Source of the DNA: Eukaryota sp. GEM-RC1
Taxonomy: Eukaryota
Length of the DNA stretch: 64,000 bases
Assembly: GCA_040285855.1 (NCBI GenBank)
Contig: JAUFOQ010000016.1
Location: 62,001-126,000, forward strand
Direction: 5' to 3'
In this document: in pieces, positions 38,301 through 49,835 of the stretch
Numbering within the stretch: position 1 is the first letter of the stretch
Layout of the letters: each line of letters starts with the position of its first letter
Made by a program: the position numbers and the translations under genes
Notes under the pieces: model-generated
The model's database searches: none
What the model saw: only the letters and a program-made list of their open reading frames with translations
Told to the model about the DNA's origin: nothing

Positions 38301-40478
38301 GTTGTTGAGTAAAAGATCTTCCTGAAGGGATTCCACCTTGAGTTTAGCATCATCAATTGTTCTATTGATGGTACTCATAGTGGAAGAATCAGCAATAACA
38401 TCACTGATACCAATGGAGAAACCTCTTATTTGCATGAATTGATGTAAAACACGCTGAATTTGAGATAAAAATTGACGACTAGCAGCATATCCATGATCTT
38501 TGACTAGAATATGAATCAAAGACCCATCACTTCTACCTACCGTGTTCTTATCAACCATTCCCATCATAAGTTCTCCATTATGAATGACAACTCTAGTATC
38601 AGTGACAGATGCAAACTCTCGCTCTTCAGTCTGTGGAGCAGACGTGGAATGTTTAGAGAGAGAAATATTAGCATCATTAGGAATAGCTAAAGAAAATACT
38701 TGTTTACCAGTGTAAAGTCTCTTTGGCTTCAGTATTGCAGGATCAGGTAAATTGTAAGTTCCTTCGTAATTATCCAGCCACATTGCACACTGCATTGCTT
38801 CATGAACAGTTAGGAATACGTCTCTTTGAGTCAACAACCGGCAGGCCAGAAGAGCATCCTGTACCAAACCAATAACAGGTCTATTTGCTTGAGGAGAAAT
38901 GACTTGAGAAGGAACCATCATCAACTGTTGGACTTCAGCCTTAGCTTCAAGTGATTGAGGGACATGAAGATTCATTTCATCTCCATCAAAATCAGCATTG
39001 TAAGGAGTGGTAACCGAGAGATTGAGACGGAAAGTAGAATGAGGAAGAACACGTGCTTTGTGACCCATGATTGACATTTTATGCAATGTGGGTTGTCTGT
39101 TGAACATCACAGTATCTCCATCATTCAAATGACGATGAACGATATATCCATAGTTGAGATAGAAATCAGCAGTAGATGGAACAAATCTTAAATCGATTCG
39201 GTTACCATCTCTATCAACATAGTTAGCACCTGGATGGATATCAGGTCCATTAGAAACAAGTTTTCGAAGCTTTTCAATGTTGAAAGGAGTGACTACCTCG
39301 GGAAAAGTCAAATGCTTGGCAATAGTTTCAGGAATACCAACTTCATCGATACCAATAATAGGATCTCCAGTGATAACAGTTCTAGAACTAAAGTCTACAC
39401 GCTTTCCCATCAAATGTTGACGAACACGTCCTTCCTTACCCTTAAGTCGTTGAGAGATGGACTTTAGAGCCTTTTTACTACGATGAGTGGCAACGATGAA
39501 GTCTCTATTGGTATTATCCATAAGAGTACCAACGTGGTACTGTAGCAACTCAACTGTACCGCTGGTAACATGAGCAGAAGCACCAGTTCTACGATAATCC
39601 TTCAGAGCAATGTTGGCCTTTACTATTTCTACAATCTTGTAAGTGATATCATCCTCACTTTTTAGAGAGGAGTCAACGTTGACTGGAGGGCGAGCAGCAG
39701 GGGGAGGAACTGGGAAGACGGTGAGAATCATCCATTCAGGACGAACGAATTTGGGATTGAAGCCCATGAGTTCGGCATCAGCATCAGAAATTTTGGCAAG
39801 AATTTCATGTACACGCGCGGCAGTAAGTTCTTCAGACTTGGAGACGCTTCCGGACGTTTTCCACTCCGCAACCAAGCACTTCTTCCCTTGCCCCCATAGA
39901 GAGACGGTCGAGTTTGATTTGGGGAATTTCGGCACCGCAGCCAGTATCTGTTGTGTCGGGGTTTTCAGAGAGAGCGTCTTTGGAGGTGAGACCGGCGTTG
40001 CAAGTGGTGCATTTAGAGCATATAGAAGAGAGTTGGGCGAGACGTTTCTTCGGTCGTAGGAAGCGTTTGATGGAAGTAACGCGAGGGTCGTCGGGGGATA
40101 TACGCAGACGTGAGCATGTGAAGCAGACACATCTAAGAACTTTAACAACAGTAGAGATGAAGCCCATATGAAAGACTGGGGCAGCGAGGTCAATGAAGCC
40201 AAAATGACCAGGGCAAGAGAAAGAGGTGCCTTGGCAGTATCTGCAGAATTGTTTCATGTCAACAGGTCCCATGTCAGGATCATGAGGGCCTCCGCGAACT
40301 GGAACATTGCGGTCGTCATACAAGATTTCCTTATCAACTTCACAAACAGCCATTTTCCGCTGAAATCAACTAGAAGTCAGCGTAAACATACTATTACATC
40401 CGGAGAAAGAATTCCAAACTGGATCTGTTTGATGGTTTTGTATTGTCCAACATCTTCAAGAGGAGAATATTGGGCCAT
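35315..40478 (-). CDS. RPB1: RNA polymerase II largest subunit; one intron and two +1 frameshifts (~39893, ~36922)
   Basis: QFGILSP, CPGHFG, YNADFDGDEMN, EPATQMTLNTFH and a YSP-rich CTD. Confidence 0.98.
40360..40391 (-). other. 32-nt spliceosomal intron in RPB1
   Basis: GTATGTTTACGCTGACTTCTAGTTGATTTCAG has a GTATGT donor, a CTGAC branch-like motif and a CAG acceptor. Removal joins ILSPDVI-RKMAV in frame. Confidence 0.9.
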
Positions 40479-40950
40479 TAAAAGAGCATTAAGTTGAGAA
40501 GAAAGAGGGTAAAGGGGGTTGAGGAATTCTTTGCCAAAAAGATTGAGAACAAGATTCTGCTTGTGCCAAGGCTTCTGCTTCTCCTAGAACATGTCGTACT
40601 AGACTGTAGTTACAACAGAACACCTCCTCGTCCATCTTAACACTCAATCAGCATCACTCCTGAATACAACAGTCATATTTACTTTTATGGCTGAAAAGTA
40701 CTAGTATGAGTCATCTTCTTCCATGACACATTGTCCTTCTTTTCTTATCATACATCTGCTTGACATCACATCTGCAGTAAGTCCATTATCCAAATGTTGA
40801 ACATATCAGTTTATATGCATTCTCGGCATCTTTAGAAGGATAATTGGAGTATGTTGTTCTACCCATCTGATATGTAATACAATTACAAAAACAGATGTTC
40901 AACAATACTAAACCATGACTATAAAAACAAACTAATTAAAAAAACTAAAA

Positions 40951-42696
40951 CTAATTGAACCATATTCTGTTCACGTGTTTTCTTTTTGGAACACTGGCCC
41001 CTGCTCCTTCACAAGACAATGAAACATAATTAGAAGTAGACAACAGACAATCATAAGCTCCGGAAGAAGTAGAAAACAATATTTGGGGAAAACCAACTTG
41101 TACAGCTAATACATTACAATTACTCAATTCATCATTAAAAAGTGATGAAGCAACTAAAGAAATCTCACCAGAAAACGAGTCAAATGATCTAATCAAACCA
41201 ATCCCAATCAGCTTAGCTGAAGGTGATGGATGGCCATTGAAAAGCAAAGGCTTGGAGGTGGAAACTGAAGGATCATGGAAAAGAGAAACGAAGTAGCAAT
41301 TGATAGCGGAACCCAGTTTACGATGATATAATTCTTCACTTTTTCAGGTTTAAATAAATACTGAGGAACTAGAAGAGGAGGGCAGAAATAGATAGATTCA
41401 AATGAGGATAATTCAACAACGTATGGTTGTTGTTCAAAAACATTCTTGGCAAAATATTCTACAAAGTTCAACAACTTATATTTGTGTCCAAATTTGACCA
41501 CCCCTTCCTTTAACCAATCACCAAAGAGCTCAATATAATCAGAAACGTCAACACAATCCTTTAACAACCAAGCCAAAGTAGTCAAATCACGCAACAACTG
41601 AGGCTTCAACTTCCACGCGCTCAGATCAATTTCTCTCTTTTCATCCATTACTACTTTGCTATCCATTAATTCCTTAGAGTTCACACTAGGAATTAAAGAA
41701 TACGTGTACTCAATAGGTTGATCTACTTTCAAGGAAACAAGTGCTAGAACTGATTCAATCCAAACTGACCACTCAGAGGGGTTTTTGGAGAGAACTAGAG
41801 GAACAAAGGACATGAAAGAAGAGGATCGCAGAATTGAGATATAATCAGTGATCACGTCGACCATGAGCTCCTTTCCAAATCCAGAGGTCCAACCACACGT
41901 GTTGACTACTATGTGACACTTCTCAGAATAGGCAAGTGCACGTGTGAGAAGATCTCTACAGCATGATTGATAGTACGTTGGGTCAGATTGCGGAGTATTG
42001 CTACCATAGAATGAAGTATGAAGAACAGAAATGGCAGGGGAGTCCACAGAACTGAGGAAAACATTACCAAGTGGAGAAGAGGAAAGAATGTTGTTGACTT
42101 TAGATAGAGAGAGAATGTTGGGAGGGGATAGGAAGGTTTGACCACAATCAAGGTCAATCAATAAGACAGAATAACGTGATTGATTGAGATAGGACGAAAT
42201 GAAGGAGGTGAAAACAGACTTACCAGCTGATTGAGCTCCACAGACAAAAGAACATTTTTGGAGTTGATGATACATGAGATGAAGCAACAGAAGACCATTC
42301 AGGCGGAATTATCAATGGCAGATATGAGAATAATGTAGAATCAGTGATGGGATAGAAACGAGGGACACCCGATAGATTGACTAAGGGAAGTGATGTCAGT
42401 GAAGAAGTACTAGAGGAACCTAAAGGCTTGATAACTATAGAGCCTTCATGATCTAAGGTTTCTAGGGACATGATAGGACCTGAAGGAGACGAAAATACTG
42501 GAGTACATGGCTTAGTAATTCGTGTTCCATTTAAGAAAACAGATCCATTTAGAACTGTGATGGACGCAAATCCGAGAAAAGGAAGTCGTGAAAATGAAGG
42601 AATCGTTAAAGATGCATTGCATTCAGAAGAGATTGTTGAAGTTTTATCCCAATCGCAAGACCAAGTGCTGAATGTACTGGACGATTTGGGTTCCAT
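40951..42696 (-). CDS. NOL9: Polynucleotide 5'-kinase NOL9/Grc3 (Clp1 family); frameshifts at ~42255 (+1) and ~41342 (-1)
   Basis: P-loop CGAQSAGKS, IDLDCGQ, VVNTCGW and IGIGLIRS. Confidence 0.85.
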
Positions 42697-42732
42697 TATG
42701 AATTCTGGAAGAGGAGTGGATTTACAACTAAA

Positions 42733-43329
42733 ATGTCTTCTCAATTTTCGCAAGATCTAACTCAGGTCGTTAATAAGGTTTACCGCAAACATGCCAGAGA
42801 CCACCATCCTGACCGTAATCCATCTGCTTCTACTCAATCTTTCAATAGGCTAACTGAAGAAAAAGACCGAATTCTTCACGCAATAACCAATCCTTCTGGA
42901 GCAACAGTTCCGGTCCACCACCACAGTCTTTCGAATCATCAACAATTTCCTGTTTATAATACTAGGATACCCAAGGATGCGTTTCGGATTCCTTCTTTCC
43001 TTTTTATTAAGCGTTGTTTCTATGTGTGTATTCTATTTTTCCTCTTAATGTGTGTTTACCGAATGTTTGACCAGACTCAAGTACTTCCAGATTGCTATAT
43101 CCCAAGTCATAACATGTATTCACATTCAAAGTGTGGTGATTATGTGAAACCGATAGAAGTCCTTGTAGATAGACGCAAAGTTGTTGTATATGTCAAAAGT
43201 CATGGTTATACCCAGTTTATGGATAGTACAACCCTAGTTCCATTCGTGAGAAAATCACTCGATGATACTAAATACAACAGATATTATGTGCTTGCTTTTG
43301 TTTGGGCGTTGAATCGTGGAGCAAAATAA
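42733..43329 (+). CDS. DnaJ-domain membrane protein
   Basis: YRKHARDHHPDRN (HPD motif) and one hydrophobic segment. Confidence 0.75.
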   Translation: MSSQFSQDLTQVVNKVYRKHARDHHPDRNPSASTQSFNRLTEEKDRILHAITNPSGATVPVHHHSLSNHQQFPVYNTRIPKDAFRIPSFLFIKRCFYVCILFFLLMCVYRMFDQTQVLPDCYIPSHNMYSHSKCGDYVKPIEVLVDRRKVVVYVKSHGYTQFMDSTTLVPFVRKSLDDTKYNRYYVLAFVWALNRGAK

Positions 43330-43595
43330 GACATACCAACAGACATAACGGCGAACACAATTGAACTGTAAGGATTGGGTGTTTGGTGTGTTTTCCTTCT
43401 ATGAGCAAGAGATGTTATGGCGAAAAGAGCAGAAACCCATGCAGCCAAAGGAATTCGGAGAATAATGGCTATACTACTAAACATCATGGTAAAGATGGAA
43501 TAGAAATCGGCTTCTTCTGTTTGTAAAGGGCGAAAGGGCACTACTTTGGTATCATCTTTAAGTTCTTTAGTTGTTGTTTGACGAGATGGTCTCAT
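43284..43595 (-). CDS. Asterix/PAT10 (WDR83OS, UPF0139) membrane protein
   Basis: 103 aa with three hydrophobic helices; pattern D.YS.F.MMFS...I.LR...AAW.S...S.A. Confidence 0.75.
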   Translation of the reverse strand: MRPSRQTTTKELKDDTKVVPFRPLQTEEADFYSIFTMMFSSIAIILRIPLAAWVSALFAITSLAHRRKTHQTPNPYSSIVFAVMSVGMSYFAPRFNAQTKAST

Positions 43596-43923
43596 TTCAG
43601 GTTACAAGTTGGAGAATTCCAATTTTAATTGATGTCGTACTACATACCAGTAGCACAGTGCAGTGTCATCAAACACGTCTATGCATTGTGTTGATGATAA
43701 TTAACGTCTTTTACGTTGTGACATCTCCCAGCATCCACTGACACTTGGATTATTGTTATAGTTTTGCCTTAGAATGCTATTAACAGCTGATGCGTTATGG
43801 AAACGTAATCTTTTACCGGGTGGTGATGAAGTCGTTTGGATTTGATCTTAGTATTATTTGTTTGATTTTACAATTTCAGAGTTTTGTAGGAAGGTTACCT
43901 TATTGGGTGCCGAATAAACATCT

Positions 43924-44072
43924 CTCTAATTGCAAACACTAAGAAGGTGAATAACCACCAGGAGAATAACTTAACGTTGGCGAATAACCACCAGGAGAAT
44001 AACTTAACGTTGACGAATAAGCACCAGGAGTATATGAAGTACCAGGTGAATAATTTGGACTAGATGGTGAAT
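43924..44072 (-). pseudogene. Detached copy of the RPB1 CTD 3' end
   Basis: Matches 35300-35415, with an extra 33-nt tandem unit and the stop changed from TAA to TAG. Confidence 0.9.
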
Positions 44073-44079
44073 GGTAAAC

Positions 44080-45224
44080 TAGGCCCTCTCATAAGATAAT
44101 TTAAGATAATTTGAATATCGAAACATTACCAAAAATAAATTTGAGATACATATAATTGAAACAAAATACAAGTCAAATAGAAAACAAATATTTTTCTGCA
44201 GATCATAGTTCAAGTCATGGTAGGTGTTGTAGAAGTTGTAGGTGTGTAGACTAGACTTTGTTTAAAGGACTTTATAAATCTTCTTCCCTTGCCTTTAGGC
44301 AACAATAGAGGGAATCCCAATCCATTGAACAGTTTTTGGCTCGTCTCAACGTATCTGTCCTGTTTCTTCTTGTGGAGTGGTCCATTGTTGTCATTTTATC
44401 GAGACCCATGAAGACTCATCAGCGTTTTAATTGCTAAAAAGGGTTCTTCGTTCACTCTTACAGAATAGCTGGATTGGAAGAGAAAACAGCTTTACCAACA
44501 TCTACTAATCCGTTTCAGAAAATTTTGACAGTTTCTTTGAAATGAGTACAATGTACAGTTATGTTGATGATGGTGACCAAGACGTTTTGACACGCTTCAT
44601 TTGAGTATGATTTGAAAGAGAGTTTTGCACTTAGTTGAGTACATCACCCCACAAGTGAATGGATACATGAAAGAGATTTTGTTTATATATATATAAATTA
44701 TTTTGTTTTATTTTGTTTTATTTTGATTTACAGTGTATTTGCATGATCGTAAAAAAGTATCAAAAACAAATATTAAGATATCAAGATATAAAGTAAAATA
44801 TGAAATTGAAGCCCCTCCACGTAATAGTGGCCCCCACGCAATAGTGGCCGATTTTTGGATGGGGCTTATACGGAGAGGCCTCACCACGTAATAGTAGCCC
44901 CTGGTTATAAATAATTTATAAGTATCGATCTTCGAGGATTTGGCCATATTGTGTGAGTTAGAATTGGGTGAGTCACATGTGGAAGTTGTTGATGAGTAAC
45001 TGTTTTTATTGTTTTTGACAGTGAATCCACTACATGCGACACAACTGAGACTTCAGAACATGATTTGGTAAGGGGCTTATAGAGAGAAGCCCCACCACGT
45101 AATAGTAGCCCCCACGTAATAGTAGCCGATTTTAAGATGGGGCTTATACGGACAGGCCCCGGGGCTTCAATTTCATATTTTACTTTAAAAGACAGAAATT
45201 AGTATTTATTTGTGAGGAGCCCTG
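44080..45224. mobile_element. hAT-type MITE of the element F family, inverted, with a nested insertion
   Basis: Ends TAGGCCCTCTCATAAGATAA and TTTGTGAGGAGCCCTG, TSD TGGT(A/C)AAC, interior similar to the reverse complement of 8927-9591. Confidence 0.85.
44791..45185. mobile_element. TA-flanked MITE nested in 44080-45224
   Basis: Perfect 25-bp TIR AAGTAAAATATGAAATTGAAGCCCC with TA flanks and internal CCACGTAATAGT(A/G)GCC repeats. Confidence 0.8.
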
Positions 45225-45816
45225 TGGTCAACATAACTATGCGTGTTTGTAAAAGCATATTCTTTGTTTTTGTGCAATAACTATGTAAAAATATATCAAA
45301 TAACAGCATTTTCCTCCAACACTTCCATTTCTGAAAGGTGTGACGTTATTGGAGTGAAATCCAATTTTCAGTTAGTTTAAGAGCAAAGACTTGATTACGA
45401 GGATTTCAAAATTGGTCTAAAAGAGGACCAAATTGTGTTCTCATATTCGTGACTCAATTCAAAGAGACGTTTTACAATCGAATCAAAATGCTAAACATTG
45501 CTTTAAAAAGAGACCGTGACACCATTCCTCTCCACTGTCATTTTCACTCAAATTTTTACCATGCCGTTCACACCATTTTATGAAAGATATAGGAAATTTT
45601 GGTTCAAAAACGACCAATTTTCCATAAAGTGAAGTAAACACAGATAAATTCCACTTTAATGGAATACACTTCGGATACATTCTGAATACGTATTCTGGAT
45701 CTATGAAAAGTGTGATCGGTCTGACACACACTTTGTTGATATCGTTTCCAAGTTTCCCGTCTACAACATTTGGTTATTTTTGATTTTGAAACTGTTAATC
45801 AAAGTAGAATCCGTGG

Positions 45817-46536
45817 TAGAGCTGGGCATTCGACTAGACTAGTCTACTGACTACGGACTAGACTAAGCTTTTAGTCTAAATCGTAGTCTACTCACTTAGT
45901 CTTAGTCTAGTCCGTAGTCTGTTCATTAAGTCTGTAGTCTAGTCTGTAGTCTGTTCATTAAGTCTGTAGTCTAGTCTGTAGTCTACTCTCTTAGTCTTAG
46001 TCTAGTCCGTAGTCTGTTCATTAAGTCAGTAGTCTAGTCTGTAGTCTACTCTCTTAGTCTTAGTCTAGTCCGTAGTCTGATCATTCAATCTGTAGTTTAG
46101 TCTGTAGTCTGTTCATAATAAATTAGTGTAATCATTAGTCTATTTTTTAAACACAATGAATGAACCTCCTGAAAAACTGCACAGACTTTCTCTACAACCA
46201 TTGTCTCCAAAACAGAGTTGGAACGGTCATTAATTCTATAAGCCAGCAGCAAGTGGCAATCAGAAGCACTGCCTGCTTTGTGCTCCGGACGGTAAAACCA
46301 TCCAGCGCTTGTTTGTTTAAAATCTTGGACTGATGGTACCGTCGATGTATTTGACTTCTAGTGTTTCAGTAGAATTTTTTGTTATTAATTCATGTTTGGA
46401 CAAAACTATTTAGTCTACTATTTAGTATCTTTCTCTCGTCTAAGTCTAGTCCGTAGTCTAATGGTGTAGTGTTAGTCTAGTCGGTAGTCCGTTACTTTAG
46501 TCTTAGTCTAGTCTAGTCAGTCTGTGCCCAGCTCTA
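45817..46536. mobile_element. hAT MITE with TAGTC subterminal arrays
   Basis: TIR TAGAGCTGGGCA, perfect TSD ATCCGTGG (45809-45816, 46537-46544). Confidence 0.95.
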
Positions 46537-46668
46537 ATCCGTGGTACTGTGTGGTTTACATGATCACACACGGTAGCAAAACGCATCCACACGCGTGTTT
46601 GCACACTCTAGTTTCCAAACACTGCATTTCTCTCATCATCATCAAACACACTTCTCGTAACAGTCACA

Positions 46669-49539
46669 ATGACTAACACACAATCAGATCTCTGTGAGTG
46701 TTGTGTCGTTGGCAATTTTGTTCCCAATCAGTTCCATGATACTATCTGTAAACATTGTCTGCATGGTAGGGCTAAACATGTTACACTTGACTGTGACCAA
46801 CTAATAGATGTACAGACCTCTTCTATACAATGGCCCAATGTGGTCACCTTAAACGTCGATGGCATTAGCACCCTTAGCGCTTCTCATTTTGAATGTCAAT
46901 CAAGTGCTCTACATACCACCACCAAGTCTACCCTCTGTTCTGTCATTGGAGGACGCCGTCTTTGTCTTGATCTTCTAAATGAACTCACGGATTCATTAGG
47001 TGATGCTTACCAGGACTCAAGTGATGGTGAAGACTCTATCTCAGCTGCTTCAATTCACATACACTCTTCTCATGTCTCTGATACTACAAATTCTCTACTT
47101 CTAACCTCAGTAGAATCACATTTTCCTAATGCTGACGATCTTACAGACCTCTTCTCTTTAACCCCCACCCTGCTTAAAGTCTCTGGTTGTCCTTGGTACT
47201 GTTCAACTTCCCGCATCCCTCTCTTAGCTTCTGATATTGTTCTCTGCTGCTCTCCCTACCCTGTCTGCTCCACTGAAACCTTTTCTCTTGTGACAGATCT
47301 CTCTAAACTTCTCCTTCAGAATACCTCGTCTGGATTGACTCGATACCTTGTAATTGTTGGCGTTGGAGAGGAAAACACAGATTCAGAATTAGGTAGAAGG
47401 TTCTCAGTTTTATTTGATAAGGGGGATTCCCTTTCTGTTTGTTTTCATAGTGTTGATGCTCTACAACTACCAGATTATGACGACATGGATCCCCAGAACT
47501 TCGTTGACTTTTGCATTGACTTGAGAAGACTTTTGCAGAAGCTGATGTTACAGTGTAATCGCCAGCACGTCATCGCAGTACCTAATGTAAACGTTCCGTC
47601 TCCAAGTTTCTTCTCTTCTGCACTAACTATGATTAATTTATCTCAGTTCTTTATCCCAGTTGAAGGTTTACCAATCATTGTAGAGTTAGTGAGAGTGGCT
47701 TCATTGTATCTTGCCAGAATAGGAAGTCGTAGTGATTATTTGATTGGTAGCTCATTAATGAGTATGATTCAGATACTTAACTGTCAGTTAACTCCAATTA
47801 ATGAACCGGAAACTCTACAGTCGGTGCTCACATCAACTGTCACGTTCTTTTCAATCATGTCTGGCTATCACATCAACTTTCAGGGCGAGTCAATATGTAA
47901 AACTCTACTCAGAATTTTATTGGCTTTACTGCCCTGCTCCTTTTACAGCGATCAACTTAGTTGTTCTACTCCTTGTTTCTCTCATAAGTTCCACAGAGAC
48001 GCATTACTTTCTGTTGAGGAGAATAGCTCATTAAGATTCTCTCGATGGGAGTCAGGGTTTCCTATTCTGAAATCAGGTGATTGGGTTGATTCTGAGCTCT
48101 TTACGAATGATGTGCTTTTTGATTGCTACCGGGAAACCATCAATCAAATCATCGCAATTGATGACGTATTGATGACATCCTCTTTGATTGAGTTAGTTCA
48201 ACCCCTTCTTTTTGATCCTTCAACAGAAATCTACCATCCTTTAGTCTTTTGTCCTCCTACTTGTTGCTCTATTTGTTTTGAAGTGTTTACAACAACTCCT
48301 AATTATTTCAAATGTGGGCATGGATTTTGTGAAAATTGTACGGTTAATTGTTCTACCGCGGTTGAACCTTGTGAAACTTGTTTTGGCGGTGTTGTTGACG
48401 TCAACTTTTGCGTTGTGTGTGGTGAAGTTGTAGAGGTTTTGATTGAGGCAGAAGCTGATGACGTATTGGATGTCCTGATTGAAGATGAAAGTCAGGAGTT
48501 GCTATTGACTGTTGATTGGGAAACTGAACCATTGATTGAGGGTCAACAATCAGTTCTTAATGTGGTTGCTGAAGGTCTAACCTCCAAAGTCAAACTGAAT
48601 CTGTTCAAATATAAGGACGGGCGACAGTTCAAAAATATTCAATCTTTTTTGATTGAGAAGAGTTGCACGCTCACGTATACACCTTCCAATTCTGACGTTG
48701 GATTCTCAATTAAGGCAATAATAGAGCTCACTGATCAAGAATCTTCTGTTAGTTCCATTTCTTCCACAGTTTCACCAGCCTTACCTAGATATACTTCTAC
48801 TTCTCTTGAGAACGTGACTGGAGAAGGCAGAAGTGTCCATCATAATCATGAATTGACCTTTTACTATAACTATCAAGGAGGTAATCAAGGACCTTCAATC
48901 ATTTCATGGGTTAGAATCACTCCAAACAAGAGCTCAGTTCTTATCAAAAAAGGAAAGTTGAGCTCTATTGGTGACGATGATTCCGGCATTTTAAGCTACA
49001 AGTGCACGTCAGATGATATCACCTGTATAATCAAATTAGAAGCCACCCCTGTCAGATTTGATTCAATCAAAGGCCCAATGATTACCCTTGAATCCCCAAT
49101 GATCTCTGTTCTTCCAATGTACCTACGTCCTATTAGCTCAGCTCTTGATAAGGGTGGAGTTTCTTTTAAACTAAGACTCTGGAGCAAAGACACTGGGAGC
49201 TTGGAGATTATTGACACGATTGTGATTAGATTTGGGGAAGGTATTGGGATTTCAGACTCGTTCAATAACTTGTTGTGTGATTTTCCCTATTCAAAAGTGG
49301 ATTTATTTGAATGTGACGATCTTCCTAGAGGAATTCTGTTGACTTCTGTCAAGACTGATTTCAAAGATTTGATTTTGTCTACATTAAATTCAAAACAGCC
49401 TGCTGATTTAATAGTTTTGACCTTTAGAAAATTCCGGTCGACCGTCATGAATTATCCAGAAACTTATCATTATTCCCGTTATACACCAGAGTCACGTGAC
49501 ACCGTGATTGTTTCTAATCCATTACTTCGACGAAGGTAG
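46669..49539 (+). CDS. Multidomain protein: Cys/His-rich N-terminus, RING-like finger, two AIR9-type Ig-like (A9) repeats
   Basis: CSIC...CGHGFCENC, TYTPSNSDVGFSIKA and YQGGNQGPSIISWVR...YKCTSDDITCIIKLEATPV in an intact 956-aa ORF. Confidence 0.7.
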   Translation: MTNTQSDLCECCVVGNFVPNQFHDTICKHCLHGRAKHVTLDCDQLIDVQTSSIQWPNVVTLNVDGISTLSASHFECQSSALHTTTKSTLCSVIGGRRLCLDLLNELTDSLGDAYQDSSDGEDSISAASIHIHSSHVSDTTNSLLLTSVESHFPNADDLTDLFSLTPTLLKVSGCPWYCSTSRIPLLASDIVLCCSPYPVCSTETFSLVTDLSKLLLQNTSSGLTRYLVIVGVGEENTDSELGRRFSVLFDKGDSLSVCFHSVDALQLPDYDDMDPQNFVDFCIDLRRLLQKLMLQCNRQHVIAVPNVNVPSPSFFSSALTMINLSQFFIPVEGLPIIVELVRVASLYLARIGSRSDYLIGSSLMSMIQILNCQLTPINEPETLQSVLTSTVTFFSIMSGYHINFQGESICKTLLRILLALLPCSFYSDQLSCSTPCFSHKFHRDALLSVEENSSLRFSRWESGFPILKSGDWVDSELFTNDVLFDCYRETINQIIAIDDVLMTSSLIELVQPLLFDPSTEIYHPLVFCPPTCCSICFEVFTTTPNYFKCGHGFCENCTVNCSTAVEPCETCFGGVVDVNFCVVCGEVVEVLIEAEADDVLDVLIEDESQELLLTVDWETEPLIEGQQSVLNVVAEGLTSKVKLNLFKYKDGRQFKNIQSFLIEKSCTLTYTPSNSDVGFSIKAIIELTDQESSVSSISSTVSPALPRYTSTSLENVTGEGRSVHHNHELTFYYNYQGGNQGPSIISWVRITPNKSSVLIKKGKLSSIGDDDSGILSYKCTSDDITCIIKLEATPVRFDSIKGPMITLESPMISVLPMYLRPISSALDKGGVSFKLRLWSKDTGSLEIIDTIVIRFGEGIGISDSFNNLLCDFPYSKVDLFECDDLPRGILLTSVKTDFKDLILSTLNSKQPADLIVLTFRKFRSTVMNYPETYHYSRYTPESRDTVIVSNPLLRRR

Positions 49540-49835
49540 CTTTCTTAATCATTGTGCATTTGTATTATATATGTATTTATTGTTCTCAACTTATTTCATA
49601 AAGCAATCACATTCGTTTACTTGCCTTTTCCAGACAAATGCCAACTACACTGTTTCCAATAATTCTAGAATCATACGAATTAAGAAGGGCATTTCGAATG
49701 ACATCGAACAAGAATAAGTCTGCTTCAAACTAATTGTAGTTAAAACTCTTAACTTAAGACTGTAGTTCGTCGTTGTCGACTTTTGATTGTTAACGAATCG
49801 CTTCAATTCGCTTCAATTTCTTAATCAAGAAATTA

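Noticed and set aside
45830..46115. CRISPR-like array (also 53155-53330 and 1803-1935)
   Set aside because: These are tandem or subterminal transposon repeats inside TIR/TSD-bounded elements, with no unique spacers and no cas genes.
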